This document shows, piece by piece, positions 38,470-50,045 of a DNA stretch of 64,000 nt (its first letter is position 1; the number at the start of each line of letters is the position of its first letter). The translations under genes were made by a program, and so were the position numbers. The DNA lies in NCBI GenBank assembly GCA_038496445.1, contig JALMLS010000305.1:1-64000 (forward strand), given 5' to 3'. Origin of the DNA: Trichosphaerium sp. ATCC 40318. Lineage: Eukaryota > Protista > Tubulinea. The notes beneath the pieces were generated by a model, which was not told the DNA's origin, did not search any database, and saw only the letters and a list, made by a program, of their open reading frames with translations.

Positions 38470-41466
38470 CTACTGTCTGGCTACAGTGCTGTTTTGTAAT
38501 TGAATGTAACTATTAAATATTGTGATAATGTAGTCCAGGCTTACCCATTGGTAAACCACATTTGTCATTTTGTATATCTTCAATCCTAGTTCTCCATTTC
38601 GAGGTTGCCTTCATATTTGCTATGAATACATATCAAGTTTACCACAAAACACTTGTGTTTACAGGTAGTTAAGTAGCTACAAATTCCCATGATACTGGAC
38701 TTTCAGGAATAAGTTGTAATGTAAAGGAACTATAAGCGATTCAATCAATCATTTGTGATGCCAGGCGCATTGCCTTAGACATCTGTTGAGTAGGGTTCAT
38801 TTATTTTCAATTTTTGTAGATAGATTTGGAGGTTACAAAAGGCTTTGGCTAGTACTAATTGCCATTTATATCAATCTCTACAACCGATTATACCTCTATG
38901 ATATCTGTTACTAATCTTGCAAACACCAGTAAACGTAATACGCTTCATCTGCTACTACTATACACTGTTGAATTTTTATTATTTCTTATTTTACTAACAA
39001 TGATAAAAGCATATATCCTCCTCTTTACACATCGGTGTTAGATCAGCCAAACCAGGGTTTGTCATATAACAATTACCAGAATCTCTTGTTTGGGGATCAC
39101 ACTTATTATCATAAGCTAGTGTTGTATTTCTCGGGAATCCAAGTGCCAGACGCTTTGAAGCCATGACACTGTCAAAACTAATAAAGTAAAGATGTCAGTT
39201 TTCTACTTTTATTCTCGAGTACTAGCTGCGATTGGTCAAAAAGCAAGTGTACGAAGTATCATGGAAAAATAGTGCTTCATAAAGCAAAAGGGATGTTTCT
39301 CTTAGACACTATAAAAAAGGAATTTGAATGTTAAAGTTGATCAACTTTGACTCAGTTTTTGTTCGAATGCATGGTCTCTTTTTTTAGTTACCTGGATCTT
39401 GATATTCCTATGTAATAATCGCCACGCTCACACATTGCAAAGTCAATAGAAGATGCCTCTAAACTTAACCTATACGAAAAAATGAATGGATGGAGCGCAA
39501 AAGGATAGAATGTTGTACCAGCTAGCTCCAAATAATTTATCTAGCTCTTTTGGCTCAGTCAGATACATTTCCTTCCATATTGTTTTGAAGCCCCGACTAT
39601 CAAACGCTTTCCCATATAATTCAGCATTTGAAGATGCAATATACAATATGGCCTTTGTAATAAATAAGGTTTTAAGTAATGGATGAGCGACTGAATTTCG
39701 TCGAAAAAAAAAAAACTGTCTTTGAAGATTTTGAAGATACACCAGACCCAAATTTAATATTAAGGTCTAAATACTATGACAATATCTTATGGTATTATTC
39801 ACACAAGAAAAAGAAGTAGGACGATAATTGTAATAACACTGACAAAAGAAAGAAAAAAAGTGGAAAAAAAAAATCATCATTACCTTTTTAGGATTTACAA
39901 CTTTTTGGATCATCTCTGTAAGTTTCCCAACATGCGCATCTATATCGTCTTTCCCTTGTAAATAATGATCCACGCCATACAAGTGAGCGGTTACGAGTAT
40001 TTTTCTTCTTTCATACAACTGCGTTTTTTTAACAATCTTTGCAATTTTATCTACTGGCTGTATTTCGTTAGACGAAAATCTTAGTTCAAAAAAAAAGTGT
40101 CAGCTGCACTCACACATAGCTAAAACAAGGGTTTTTGCGTTTTGAAGATTTGGATAGTTCAAAAATAAATCCTTTATCACGTGACTTTAAATAATTCCAC
40201 CAAAACAAACCGAAAACAAAAACCGACAGTATTTCATTTTTGTTGTACAACGTACCTTTAGAATGTTCTCTGACCAACGCCAAATATCGGTAGCCTCAAC
40301 AAGCTCATTTTCCATTTCCTTTACTCTTCTATCACAAAAGAACCAAGGCATTGTAACCATTACACCATCATACTCCTTTAAAAAGTTGATAACATCGATC
40401 TATAATTTCATAAGAGCACTGTACAACAAATTGGAAACACCTACTGAGGACCACGTCTTCCATACTCGAGCAAATTTCTAACACATCATAAGTGAGTTAA
40501 TTATAGCATATAAGTTAATAACACGCACAACACCATAACCACCCATATGTGAATGAAAAGCTAGCGGGTGGAAATCTACAAAAAAGACTAATTAAATAAC
40601 AATTTTAGCGCTTTCCAATACCATGGATATACAGTGGCAACTGACTTTCTGTTATTATATCAACATGGCCACCTGCCGCACGTTGCATCTCATCAACATC
40701 AAAGACATCATGTATTGTAATCCAGTACTCCCTACCACCTACATGTTTGAAAAAAAGAAACAAAACTCTACATTATTGTTTTTGACATGCAAAAAGTTGT
40801 CTTTGATTTTCTTGTTTAAAACGTACCATCTGCAAGCGCTAGGTTTGTTAGGTACTTAGGAACCAAGTCAGGTAGAACTACAGTGCGCCCAGTATGTTTA
40901 CCATATAGTATGAGAAGCGTGTACATGATACGACGGTTGTTTAATCCATGATTTCCCCAAAATTCTTCTGCACGTATAAACCGGCCTTGTGGAGCGTATT
41001 CTATATTTTTCTTTTTTAGATACGACCACTCCTGTAGTGCCTAAGACATGGACATGAGTGACAAATTTGAAAAAGTTCTTACAAAACACCAAAAACAAAC
41101 AAAAAAAAAAGTGCTTACAATCTTGCTGAGATTGCCATACAATATGCTTCCGTTTAATTCATTATCTTCGTACAGCTTTACCATACGTTCGTGTAATCTC
41201 TTATAAAACTTATCCAGCTCTTCTCCTCTTAATATAACATTAAAACATAATCACGTGCGTACAGGATATATTTAGGTCCGTGGAAGGTCAATTGGTTTTA
41301 AGTTTTTGAGTGGCTGTGTTAGCGTTGGAAATGCGTACTTTGAAGCGAAGACAGTTTGCTGAGACATAATAGACAAACTAACCACGTGGACAAGAATAAC
41401 AATCATTACAATGAGTATAATAGTGACTACAGTACGTTGTCTTGACAACGTACGCATACGCTCCAT
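38470..41466 (-). CDS. Type II membrane glycosyltransferase, O-fucosyltransferase-like; multi-exon
   Basis: N-terminal signal anchor VVTIILIVMIVILVHVV; LYIAS motif; SIDFAMCERGDYYIGISRSSFDSVMASKR resembles the GT-B fucosyltransferase motif III. Confidence 0.55.
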
Positions 41467-41537
41467 CGTGGTGACGATTAAAAGGTAAAACAAGATAAAA
41501 GCCGAGATTTATTGGGCTTGAAGTCAAGGCACGCACT

Positions 41538-43570
41538 TCAACTTAAGTCACGAAGTCTCGACCATTTTGTTCTTCTTGCAGGTGATAGGGATACAAGCAT
41601 TCTTCTTGATTGTGTTGGTGATGAACCCCATGATCTCTTACGGTCTAATAGTTTCAAAGGAGCCTTGTCCTTCTCAGCCATGTGTTGTAAACGAACAGCT
41701 TCTCTTCTTGATTTCAATTCCATAGGCGAGATTCTAGGACCGTTCCACTATTTTTTTAAAACGAAAGACATTAGCTGATAGTAGCGATAGCCTAAAGTGA
41801 TGACAATATCCGTACCTGGTCTACTATATCAGTACATTCAAATAATAACCTCGAACGTCTTTTAAGGTTTCTGAGGATAGTACCATCATCTTTCCAAGAT
41901 AAAATTTCATTCTGTTTTACCGTCAACTTTATGTGTTGATTCTTTGTTTGGTACCTCAAATTTATGAAGTATGGCAAGCGCGATTTCGAATAAGACGCCA
42001 GGCCCTTCACTAAATATAACGTCCCAAATACGGAATACAGTTTCAGGCGGAAATACAGTCATATAAATTGAAAGAAACCACTTGGAAGTCAAAATCTGTA
42101 AGTTGAACCGAATTGTTTCAAAATGTTTCGAAACATTAGGCAAGTAACGTTGTATGAATGACCTCAACACGCATGTGTCAACATGAACTATATGCTGTAG
42201 TTATATATAAATGAATAAAGATCAAAAGTACATACCACCAGCCATGCCCTCCTCAAGATAGTAGCTGTTACAAAACACCTCCACTACTGAAGAAAGAGCC
42301 CAAAAGGCTTCTTCTTCATTCTTTATAATTATCATTAGTCCTCCAGCAATCATCGACAAACTATAACAGTATGCTAAACTCATTGTATGTTAGCACTAAT
42401 TTTAACAAAAAGCCGTGCCAGCACGTGGATTTTTTACGCTATGAGCAGAAAGAACTCTGGTAATTTTTTTCCCAAAATCGGGATCATTACTTGCCATGAT
42501 TGATCCAAAAATCTGTACCATGTCCTATCAAATATTATCACAACATTACCAAGTTAATATCAAGATAAAAAACCTTTTCAATTTCTTTCATGTGGTGTGG
42601 TACATCACTCTTTGCTTTTTCAACAAGTCGTTTATATTCATCAGGAAAGTATGTTATTTTTGCAAATACATCAAGGAAGCTACACCAAAACTACACGTGA
42701 TTATCATCAATTTATCAAGTGAAATAAACGTGTATATTAGTAATAGATAAAATGCAGCGTACATAACCTCTTTGATTTTGAGGAATACCTCGTCTAATAT
42801 GTTGTTGTATTGTTGTAATATCATTCAACTCCTCATTATTTTTTATCTTCAAAAAAGTATTTGTGCGTTCCTTTTCACGGTTATTACTACTCAGTTCCCA
42901 AGTTCAATGAGCCTTTTAGTACCTCCATATCTTTTAGTATCTGTTGGTATAACTTATGCCATCCTGCAACTTGATTTTTAGCCAAAGCAAATCCATAAAC
43001 ATCTGTAGGTTCAGGAACATCAGCCTTCCTTTTTGAAAGATACGGTGAAGCTATTGTTGGAAGTATCTACTATTATTATAACGCCAGAATCAAAATATAA
43101 GTATATCACTAACTCTACGTGATGCTTTAGAGCGAATAAGGTATTCCATATCTGTATCCAACATCTTGCAAAACTGGTCATCTAAACAAACCGATATTCA
43201 GTTTTTTTTTGAAAGTTCTAAGCTGTCAAGCTTTGTTGTACGTGTACTCAACTCAAACATTTCTGCTTCTGCCCTTACTAGTGGAGTAGCTTCTAAACAT
43301 AACAATAAATAAATAGTGCTTTTGCAGGCCTTGAAAAAAATCGGACAAATCACGTGTTTGCCGCTTGTTTCTTTTTTCTTTTTAGTCTTTCAACATACCA
43401 CCGTTACTAAATCTACGCAGAACTGAAGGCATACTACGCTCTGCGAGCTCCTTAGGCGTCTCTACAGGAAATTCTTTCGTACTTTCATATTAAAACTATA
43501 TTTTATACTGCTGGACTCTGTTACCTAATACTTCTGCTTTGAATATTTGCTCTAGCCTCAGCGGTTCCAT
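41538..43570 (-). CDS. TBC (Rab-GAP) domain protein with substituted catalytic residues
   Basis: RVLSAHSVKNP, EEEAFWAL, KWFLSIYMTVFPPETVFRIWDVIFSEGPGVLFEIALAIL. Finger motifs read IEKDMVQ and YCY. Confidence 0.85.
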
Positions 43571-44059
43571 TTTTGTTTAATTCAGTAATAACACTAGTTT
43601 TCAGCAACGCTTTACGAGTTTATCACGTGTATTGGGTTAATAGCATCGCCTTACTCCTAAAGTCAACAAAGGTCTGTTTTCATTTCGCATTAGTTGCTAA
43701 GGACGGCTTGGCAATTATCAAGCACTAGGCTGGGAAAAACTGAGCGACGCTAGTAAAAATAGAATGGCCGAAACAAACTCTCTGATGTTCATAAATGTAT
43801 TCGCAATAGGTCAGCTTTACGCTTATAACCTAAATAGATAACATCTCCATACACAATATATCCTAGCACAAAGCAATGTCACGTCCGAATGCGATAGTTA
43901 AATCGGAAAAAAAGGGGAAAGCATTTACGCTTAGAACGCATTATTTTAGTTGAGCACGAACATACAGGAAAACAAAGAACTCCGTATCTTGATAAGCGCG
44001 TTTATTACTCTCTGGGAATGTCACAATCTGCGTAAATGAGCGTTCAACTCGCTCATTTT

Positions 44060-44744
44060 CTATCGTTTCTTTTTTCTTGCAAACGCTACTGATACTGTTA
44101 TTGTACCTGATACTCTATCTTTCTTTCCTGGGCGAGATTGAAGCCTTAAAATAGTTGGTGGCGCATCAGCAATTGCAATCTCGAGGTGATGATCCTTCTC
44201 CCTATCATCTTTACCAATTGGTATATCTCCTGCCTTCTCCTCAAGTTTATTCATGTTTATAAACGCTTGACCCATAAAATCGTCCGTAACCAAGTCCTTA
44301 TCCCTAACACAAACAAGCCAGTAAGAAATAAACCTTTAAACTCTGAAGCGTTGTTTGCAAATTGGATTTCTCTTTTGACACGTGATCCAAAACGAAACGT
44401 ACCAAACCTCAATCTTCAGGAATTCAGAGTTATCATAGAGAGTTTCGAATTGTTCACGCCACTTTGGGTTCAAGGTTTTTTTGATGATTTTTGTAGTAAA
44501 TAACGCTTTCTTTTTAGTATCTTCTTTCGTGGATTCATCACAAGCGTATACCTTTATATAAGGATCTGATGTACCAGAACGGTCTTTTGCTACCAAATTA
44601 GAGCCATAATGAACCTCTAGGATTATATACGTTTCATCTAAGCGTTATTTACTGATTTTGCTGCAATTTCTGTAACTTTTGCGTACAATTAGTACTACGA
44701 GCACTTTTTAGCTCTACTGCAGCGTCTGTAGACTCAATAGACAT
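44060..44744 (-). CDS. Small C2-domain protein
   Basis: NLVAKDRSGTSDPYIKV, TKIIKKTLNPKWREQF, IEVW|DKDLVTDDFMG, SGTITVSV. Confidence 0.9.
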
Positions 44745-45484
44745 AGTAACGGAGAAATTCAACTTAGCACGGTTGAAACCAACACAAAGTGATTCTGAGT
44801 TATGCTCTGGCCTAAAGCGCTTGTTGACTGCTAAGAATTTTGAAGAGTTCTGCTGTTTCGCTTCGCTTAATAGTACAAATGTCAAGCGCTTAAATTCGCG
44901 TTCGAGAACGGCTAAGCGGTTACCTGTAAGACCTAGCGTACCCTTCTGATAAATACCATTACTTGCGGTACTTTGTCAGTATCACGTGTCAATACAAGAA
45001 GACGAGGTTTATTCAGTAGAAAGTTCTTAAAAAAGGTTAGCCGAACGGTAGGTTCTTAAGCGTACTCGGGAATCGTTTGGTGTTCAATGAACCGACAGGT
45101 TTTTGGAAATGTCACAAAGTCATTTCAAAAAGTATTAACCTAGTGGGTGTTTTGTTTTGCGCTAGCTACCCAGGACCAACCATAGCCGTAATAGTAGTGA
45201 TGCACTATGGATGCTGCAGCAGTATGAGTAGCACTACGGAAGTAACAGTAGGTATGGACGAGCCGAAGCTGAATCAGAGAGTCCGCGGAAGTGTAAACAG
45301 GAAAAAGAAGGAATCGACTAGTGCCTTTGCAATTGAACGCTATCATTCTCGCTAGCTACAACCATTTTGGTTGTCTGTCATAATTTTTACGCAGTGGGTA
45401 TGTCACCGGCATACGTAAGCTGGTTTTAAAACCAACGCATATTAAAAAAAGGTGAGTAACTCTTTTGTATCAGAAAAAACTTTG

Positions 45485-46303
45485 TTACAGTACATTATCT
45501 TCCCCACGAAATGGATTAAAACTACTCCCTTCGTTAACTGTTCTATCAATGACATAGCAAATATTCTCCAATGTAGTGATTTCTCTGTCGTTATCGTCTT
45601 TCGCCTCTTTCTTCTCTTGATACTCTGCCATTATCTCGGCCATAGCGCCTGCTACTTTGTCCATAGGTAGAGCAGGAAGATGAGCGAAGATATCATCGGG
45701 TTTGACTTCATCAACGTTTACTTTCTCTTGTATGACATGCTTTGTCATGCTTAGTTCATCATTGGGCTCTAGATGTTCTACGAGCTTATCCAGATACTCT
45801 AATATGCGCCAATCGTCTTTTTTTTGAAAAATAAATGTTAAAGGGGCGCCATGTTCGCCAAATGTAGTCTCGTTGAGCGCGTTATTGGGATGTGGGCAGT
45901 CTTGAAGAGAGTGGTGGAATAATGCGATGTGTGGCGTTTGTTTAAGCTGTAAGTCTTGCATTGGCGCATGTACGCGTTGTGTGTTGCGTGAGCGTATTAA
46001 ATGGTCGTTATTAGCATCGAATTCGTCGATATCGTTTAGAAGGTACAAATCTATTTCAAATCCTTCTCTCAGAAGTGTGTGAGACAAAATAACGTCTGGT
46101 TGCGCTGTTCCAGCTCCTAAGCTTAAAATTGTTAAATCCATCGCATGAGTTCCCATAGGTATGCGCGATTGAGAGTAGGAGCTAACAAAGTCCATTGCTT
46201 TTGATTTGTACAACGGGTCCTTTCCTGTCACCTCTGTGAAGTTATTTCGTATGCGTACTCTATCCAAAGCCCTGGCGGTAGGCCTAGAGCACAGGCGAAG
46301 CAT
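45485..46303 (-). CDS. Intronless protein, possible class I SAM-dependent methyltransferase fold, with a mitochondrial-type presequence
   Basis: 272-aa ORF; Arg-rich N-terminus MLRLCSRPTARALDRVR; motif-I-like TILSLGAGTA; ALFHHSL. Confidence 0.55.
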   Translation of the reverse strand: MLRLCSRPTARALDRVRIRNNFTEVTGKDPLYKSKAMDFVSSYSQSRIPMGTHAMDLTILSLGAGTAQPDVILSHTLLREGFEIDLYLLNDIDEFDANNDHLIRSRNTQRVHAPMQDLQLKQTPHIALFHHSLQDCPHPNNALNETTFGEHGAPLTFIFQKKDDWRILEYLDKLVEHLEPNDELSMTKHVIQEKVNVDEVKPDDIFAHLPALPMDKVAGAMAEIMAEYQEKKEAKDDNDREITTLENICYVIDRTVNEGSSFNPFRGEDNVL

Positions 46304-46370
46304 CTTGAACGAACAAAGGTGTCAAATTTCTTCAGGTTTTGATACGCAAAACTGGGTTACGTGAAAGTTC

Positions 46371-46470
46371 TGCCAGGGTAACCCTGATTTTCCAGGGCCT
46401 CCCTGCTGACATAAATTTCTGCCAGGGTAGCAAAATTTTGCCAGGGCTACCCTGCCAGGGTCGCCCCTGG
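46371..46470. promoter_or_regulatory. Cluster of CAGGG-N3/4-CCCTG dyads in the divergent promoter upstream of the metallothionein
   Basis: Dyads at 46374-46386, 46393-46405, 46442-46454 and 46456-46469, plus an unpaired CCAGGG at 46422. Confidence 0.6.
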
Positions 46471-46506
46471 AATTACACTCCTACACAACAACACACTAAA
46501 CAAATC

Positions 46507-46866
46507 ATGTCCTCAGACGCTTCAGTAGAAATCCAACAAAAACAGTTATCTTCTTGTGGCGATTGCAACAAGTCTTGTAAATCATGCAGCTACGATACGG
46601 ACTGCTCTGGTTGTGATAAGTGTAAAGACCACTGTACGTAAACGCGTTTGTCCTCCCTCGTCCTCCTAGGACGCTTTACGAAGCTAGTCTAATGTTCTTT
46701 TAGCGAAGGTGGAGTGTTGCTCTAAAGACGCCGACGGCAAAGTTGAATGTAGCTGTGATTGCTGTAAGAAGGTATGAAAGAGAAAAGAAAGCATTTTCAA
46801 TCAAAAACCTAACTCCTTCTGTAGTGTGTTTGCGATTCATGTGATAAAGGAAAATGCGGTTGTTAA
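46507..46866 (+). CDS. Metallothionein-like protein, 78 aa, 18 Cys; exons 46507-46633, 46704-46771, 46825-46866
   Basis: Spliced product MSSDASVEIQQKQLSSCGDCNKSCKSCSYDTDCSGCDKCKDHSKVECCSKDADGKVECSCDCCKKCVCDSCDKGKCGC*; both introns are GT-AG with CTAA branch motifs. Confidence 0.88.
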
Positions 46867-47229
46867 ATGGCCCTGGTATTAGTCCATCAGAAAACACTCT
46901 TGTACAAATCTGTAATCAATAGAATCATTTAAATTCAAACTACGCGCCTGTGTACCATCAAAATTCTTCGCCTTTTTTTTTTCTTCGCCTTGAAAATAAT
47001 GTTTTTATAAAGTGAAATGAACCCCTAAGCTCTTGTTCTGTGTGGGGTGAGGAAAAAATGTCGGAGTAAATGAATGAGTAGAACTGTTAACGTTGTTGCT
47101 ACCTACGCCCTGCTTTTTCAGTTTTTATCAAACGACAAGCCTTCTCTTCTTTTGTAATGTTTAATTTAAAACAAAGTTTCGGTCTACAAAAAAAAAGGAT
47201 TGTTCCCTCTACTCTTTATAAGAGACCGC

Positions 47230-49931
47230 TTAGTCATTTGTAGTTGGAATATTAGGACTATGTAGAGACATGTGACCTGCTTCAAAGAGCATCGCTCCAA
47301 AAGTCCATCCTAAAGAGTTACAGTCAACAAGTAAACATTTTTGAAACCATAAAAAAAACCCAACTCACCAAGATCGATGTTGTCTATCTCATCTTGTACA
47401 AGTATTTCATCATCAAGGGCGAATCCATACGCGTCTTCTAACAACGTAACGATATACGTGCCCATGAAGCAATACGTATCAATATAAGGAAAGTTACTGG
47501 TTCCATTGAACCTCTCGAAAAGCTCATCATAAGTCAAATCACAAAACTCATGTGTTGCTTCTTCAAATTGTCTGACTGTTACGTTTCCAGTAATATTAAA
47601 TTCTTCTGCTGCATAGTAGAAAGAAGCGATACCAACAAATTTACCATTATTAGGTGGTTTGTACTTGCCGTCTGAGAGAACAAAGTCAAAAAAAAAACAC
47701 ACTTCTCGTAACGGCCAAAAAAACTCGAGAAACAACAGTATGTAGACCTATTTTAACCACTACAACATGTAGATACATATGTATGCGTTGGTTTTACACA
47801 AAACAGGGCAGTAACAAGTTGAAATCAGTAAGGTTGGAGAACAAAATGAAATAAGTTTGTTTGGTTTGTTGTCAATAAAGTTGACAAAAAATTATCGTTG
47901 TAACGTACCTATGGTACAATCAGAACATGATTCATTAAGACCCAATATTGTCCTTGTTACAGCGATACAATCTGCAAAGCTGCTGTTACCAGTAAGGTTG
48001 TAGGTTCTATAATTCTGATTTAGTACAGTTTTTTGTAAATACAAGATTTCGAAGTACTGTTGGTTATAAGTCCAACTCTGTTCCATTCCTTGAGGTAAGC
48101 ATCCATCAAGGTACCGTCCACCTACAGGTGGTCTTGATACTACAGCATCGTTCTTCTTCCTTTGCGTTAAATATTAGAAATAGGAAGATTTGTAGCAAAT
48201 TAATTGAATACAAAAATAAAAGACGGTTTTCGCGTACATCCTTGCTTGATCATTACCAAAATAGAGAAATGAGTTAATATACAAATTAAATGTATTATTT
48301 CCAATGGTTACATCATATCCATCTAAACATAAATCAACAGTCAATTGTATGCGGTCAAATAAAAGCAAAAAAATTTCCAATTGGAAAAAAAGAGTCTTTC
48401 TCTCGAGTTCTATCTGAATAATCTTTGCTCGTACCTTCTTTAATGGGTGCCCCAGGATGAAAAGTAAGTTGTGTACTTGCACCTCCCAAATCCATAACTA
48501 TTAAAAAGAGTAAGCACACATCCAAGCTTCCAAAAAAGAAAAAATAAGAGCGTACCACCAACTGTCTTATTTGCGTCATGATGATGTAACGTATCAAGTA
48601 AGTAGTTTATTGTAATCCAAGAATAAAGGCCTAAGCAAATAACCAATATAAGCATTTAACAATAATTTAAAACGTTGCCAGAATTTATTTTCTTCAAATC
48701 TCATTTGGGCTTACCTTCTTTGGCTCCTGGAATAACTTCTGCCCAAGTATCATTGAACACAAAACCGCTATTGTGTAGAGTATCTCGTGCAGACGCAAGT
48801 ATATTATCTTGTGCTGCTTTATCGATCATACGCATACCTGCTGTCGCCTTTTTTCTGATGTTAGCATGTACCCCTTTGGCTAATAAAAATAGGTACCTTC
48901 AAGAATATAGGTGTAGATTCTCGTGACTCTTCAGGCACGTGTTCTTTTGCATAGTCCAAAAGAGGTTGTAAACTCTTACCGGCTTCTTTAGGATTATTCA
49001 CAAAAGAAGCAAGGGCTATGTGAGAGAGAGTACGTTAGAACCAAACAAGGAGAAGGTATTAGTTTTTTTTTGTGATGAAAATAAGATGACTAACGTGGCT
49101 TTATTTTTAAGGCAAAGGCCTTCTGTTGGACCTTGTAGTTTCTGAATATAGGTGCCTCCCATAGATGTGGAATACCTTCGTTACTTTTAAATAAGTTAGT
49201 AGAGCACAAAACGTTATGGTGGCACAAAATCAGTTGATATTTGAAGGACTTTGAATTTTCCAAAAAAACCCTAAATTATTTAACGTACTCTTCGCGTTTA
49301 GGCCACATATAAATATGTATACGCGTTCCTGAGCTTCCAGCATCCTAAAGCGTCGGTCAGTTGGTGTTTTCGCTGCTAGCGTTGAATAATTTTTAGGAAA
49401 CGAGTTACGCATGTAGTTGCGCTTAGAGTGCTTTGGTAGATTTGATTTCGGCGGTTTCGAACAAACGTTGAGAAAATGTCAACAGAAAAGTTTTCAAGCA
49501 ATTAAACGTTGCAATGTAGCTGTACCATCATTAAGCCGAAGTTGTATAACTTTGAAGCCGTTACATCAATTCTTTTGTGCAGAACAATTGCCACTGTCAC
49601 TAAAACGATGTTAAACTGTGTGAAAGGCTGCACTGAGGTGAATTAATTGTGTAGCACTGTTTTGAAAATATATCATCCGTTAATCCTTTATACGCCTTCT
49701 AGCGCGTCCTGTAGTATTTTAAAACACGTACATGTCACTGCAGCCGCCACGAATAATAATACAATAATTGTAGTTGTAGCAATCCACATAGTGGAACAAT
49801 GCTGTTTTAGAAAGCGTTAGAGCCATAAATACAACGACAGTATTTTAATAAATCGCTTGTACCTTCTCTGGTTTTTTAGGGTCCTCTTCATCGTCTAATA
49901 TAGGCTCATACGAGCCTTGGGAACTTGACAT
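47230..49931 (-). CDS. GDA1/CD39 nucleoside diphosphatase (apyrase/NTPDase) with N-terminal membrane anchor
   Basis: All five apyrase conserved regions: DAGSSGTR, ATAGMR, EG..SWITINYL, DLGGASTQ, GWTFGAML. Confidence 0.93.
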
Positions 49932-50045
49932 GAAGTGCTTGCTCGCTTTTAACGAATTCTTGAAGTGTAACGTCGTTGACTTTTTTTTACCATGACGAAC
50001 GAAAAGTACAACTTTTGAGTAAATACGGACTTACCTTTTTTGGCA

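Noticed and set aside
39333-39348. 16-bp perfect palindrome AAAGTTGATCAACTTT in an intron
   Set aside because: Single, AT-rich and without supporting context.
41262-41338. Possible AT-AC or non-AG intron (ATATCCT on the minus strand) in the glycosyltransferase
   Set aside because: One ordinary GT-AG intron spanning the region restores the frame, and no U12 branch site is present.
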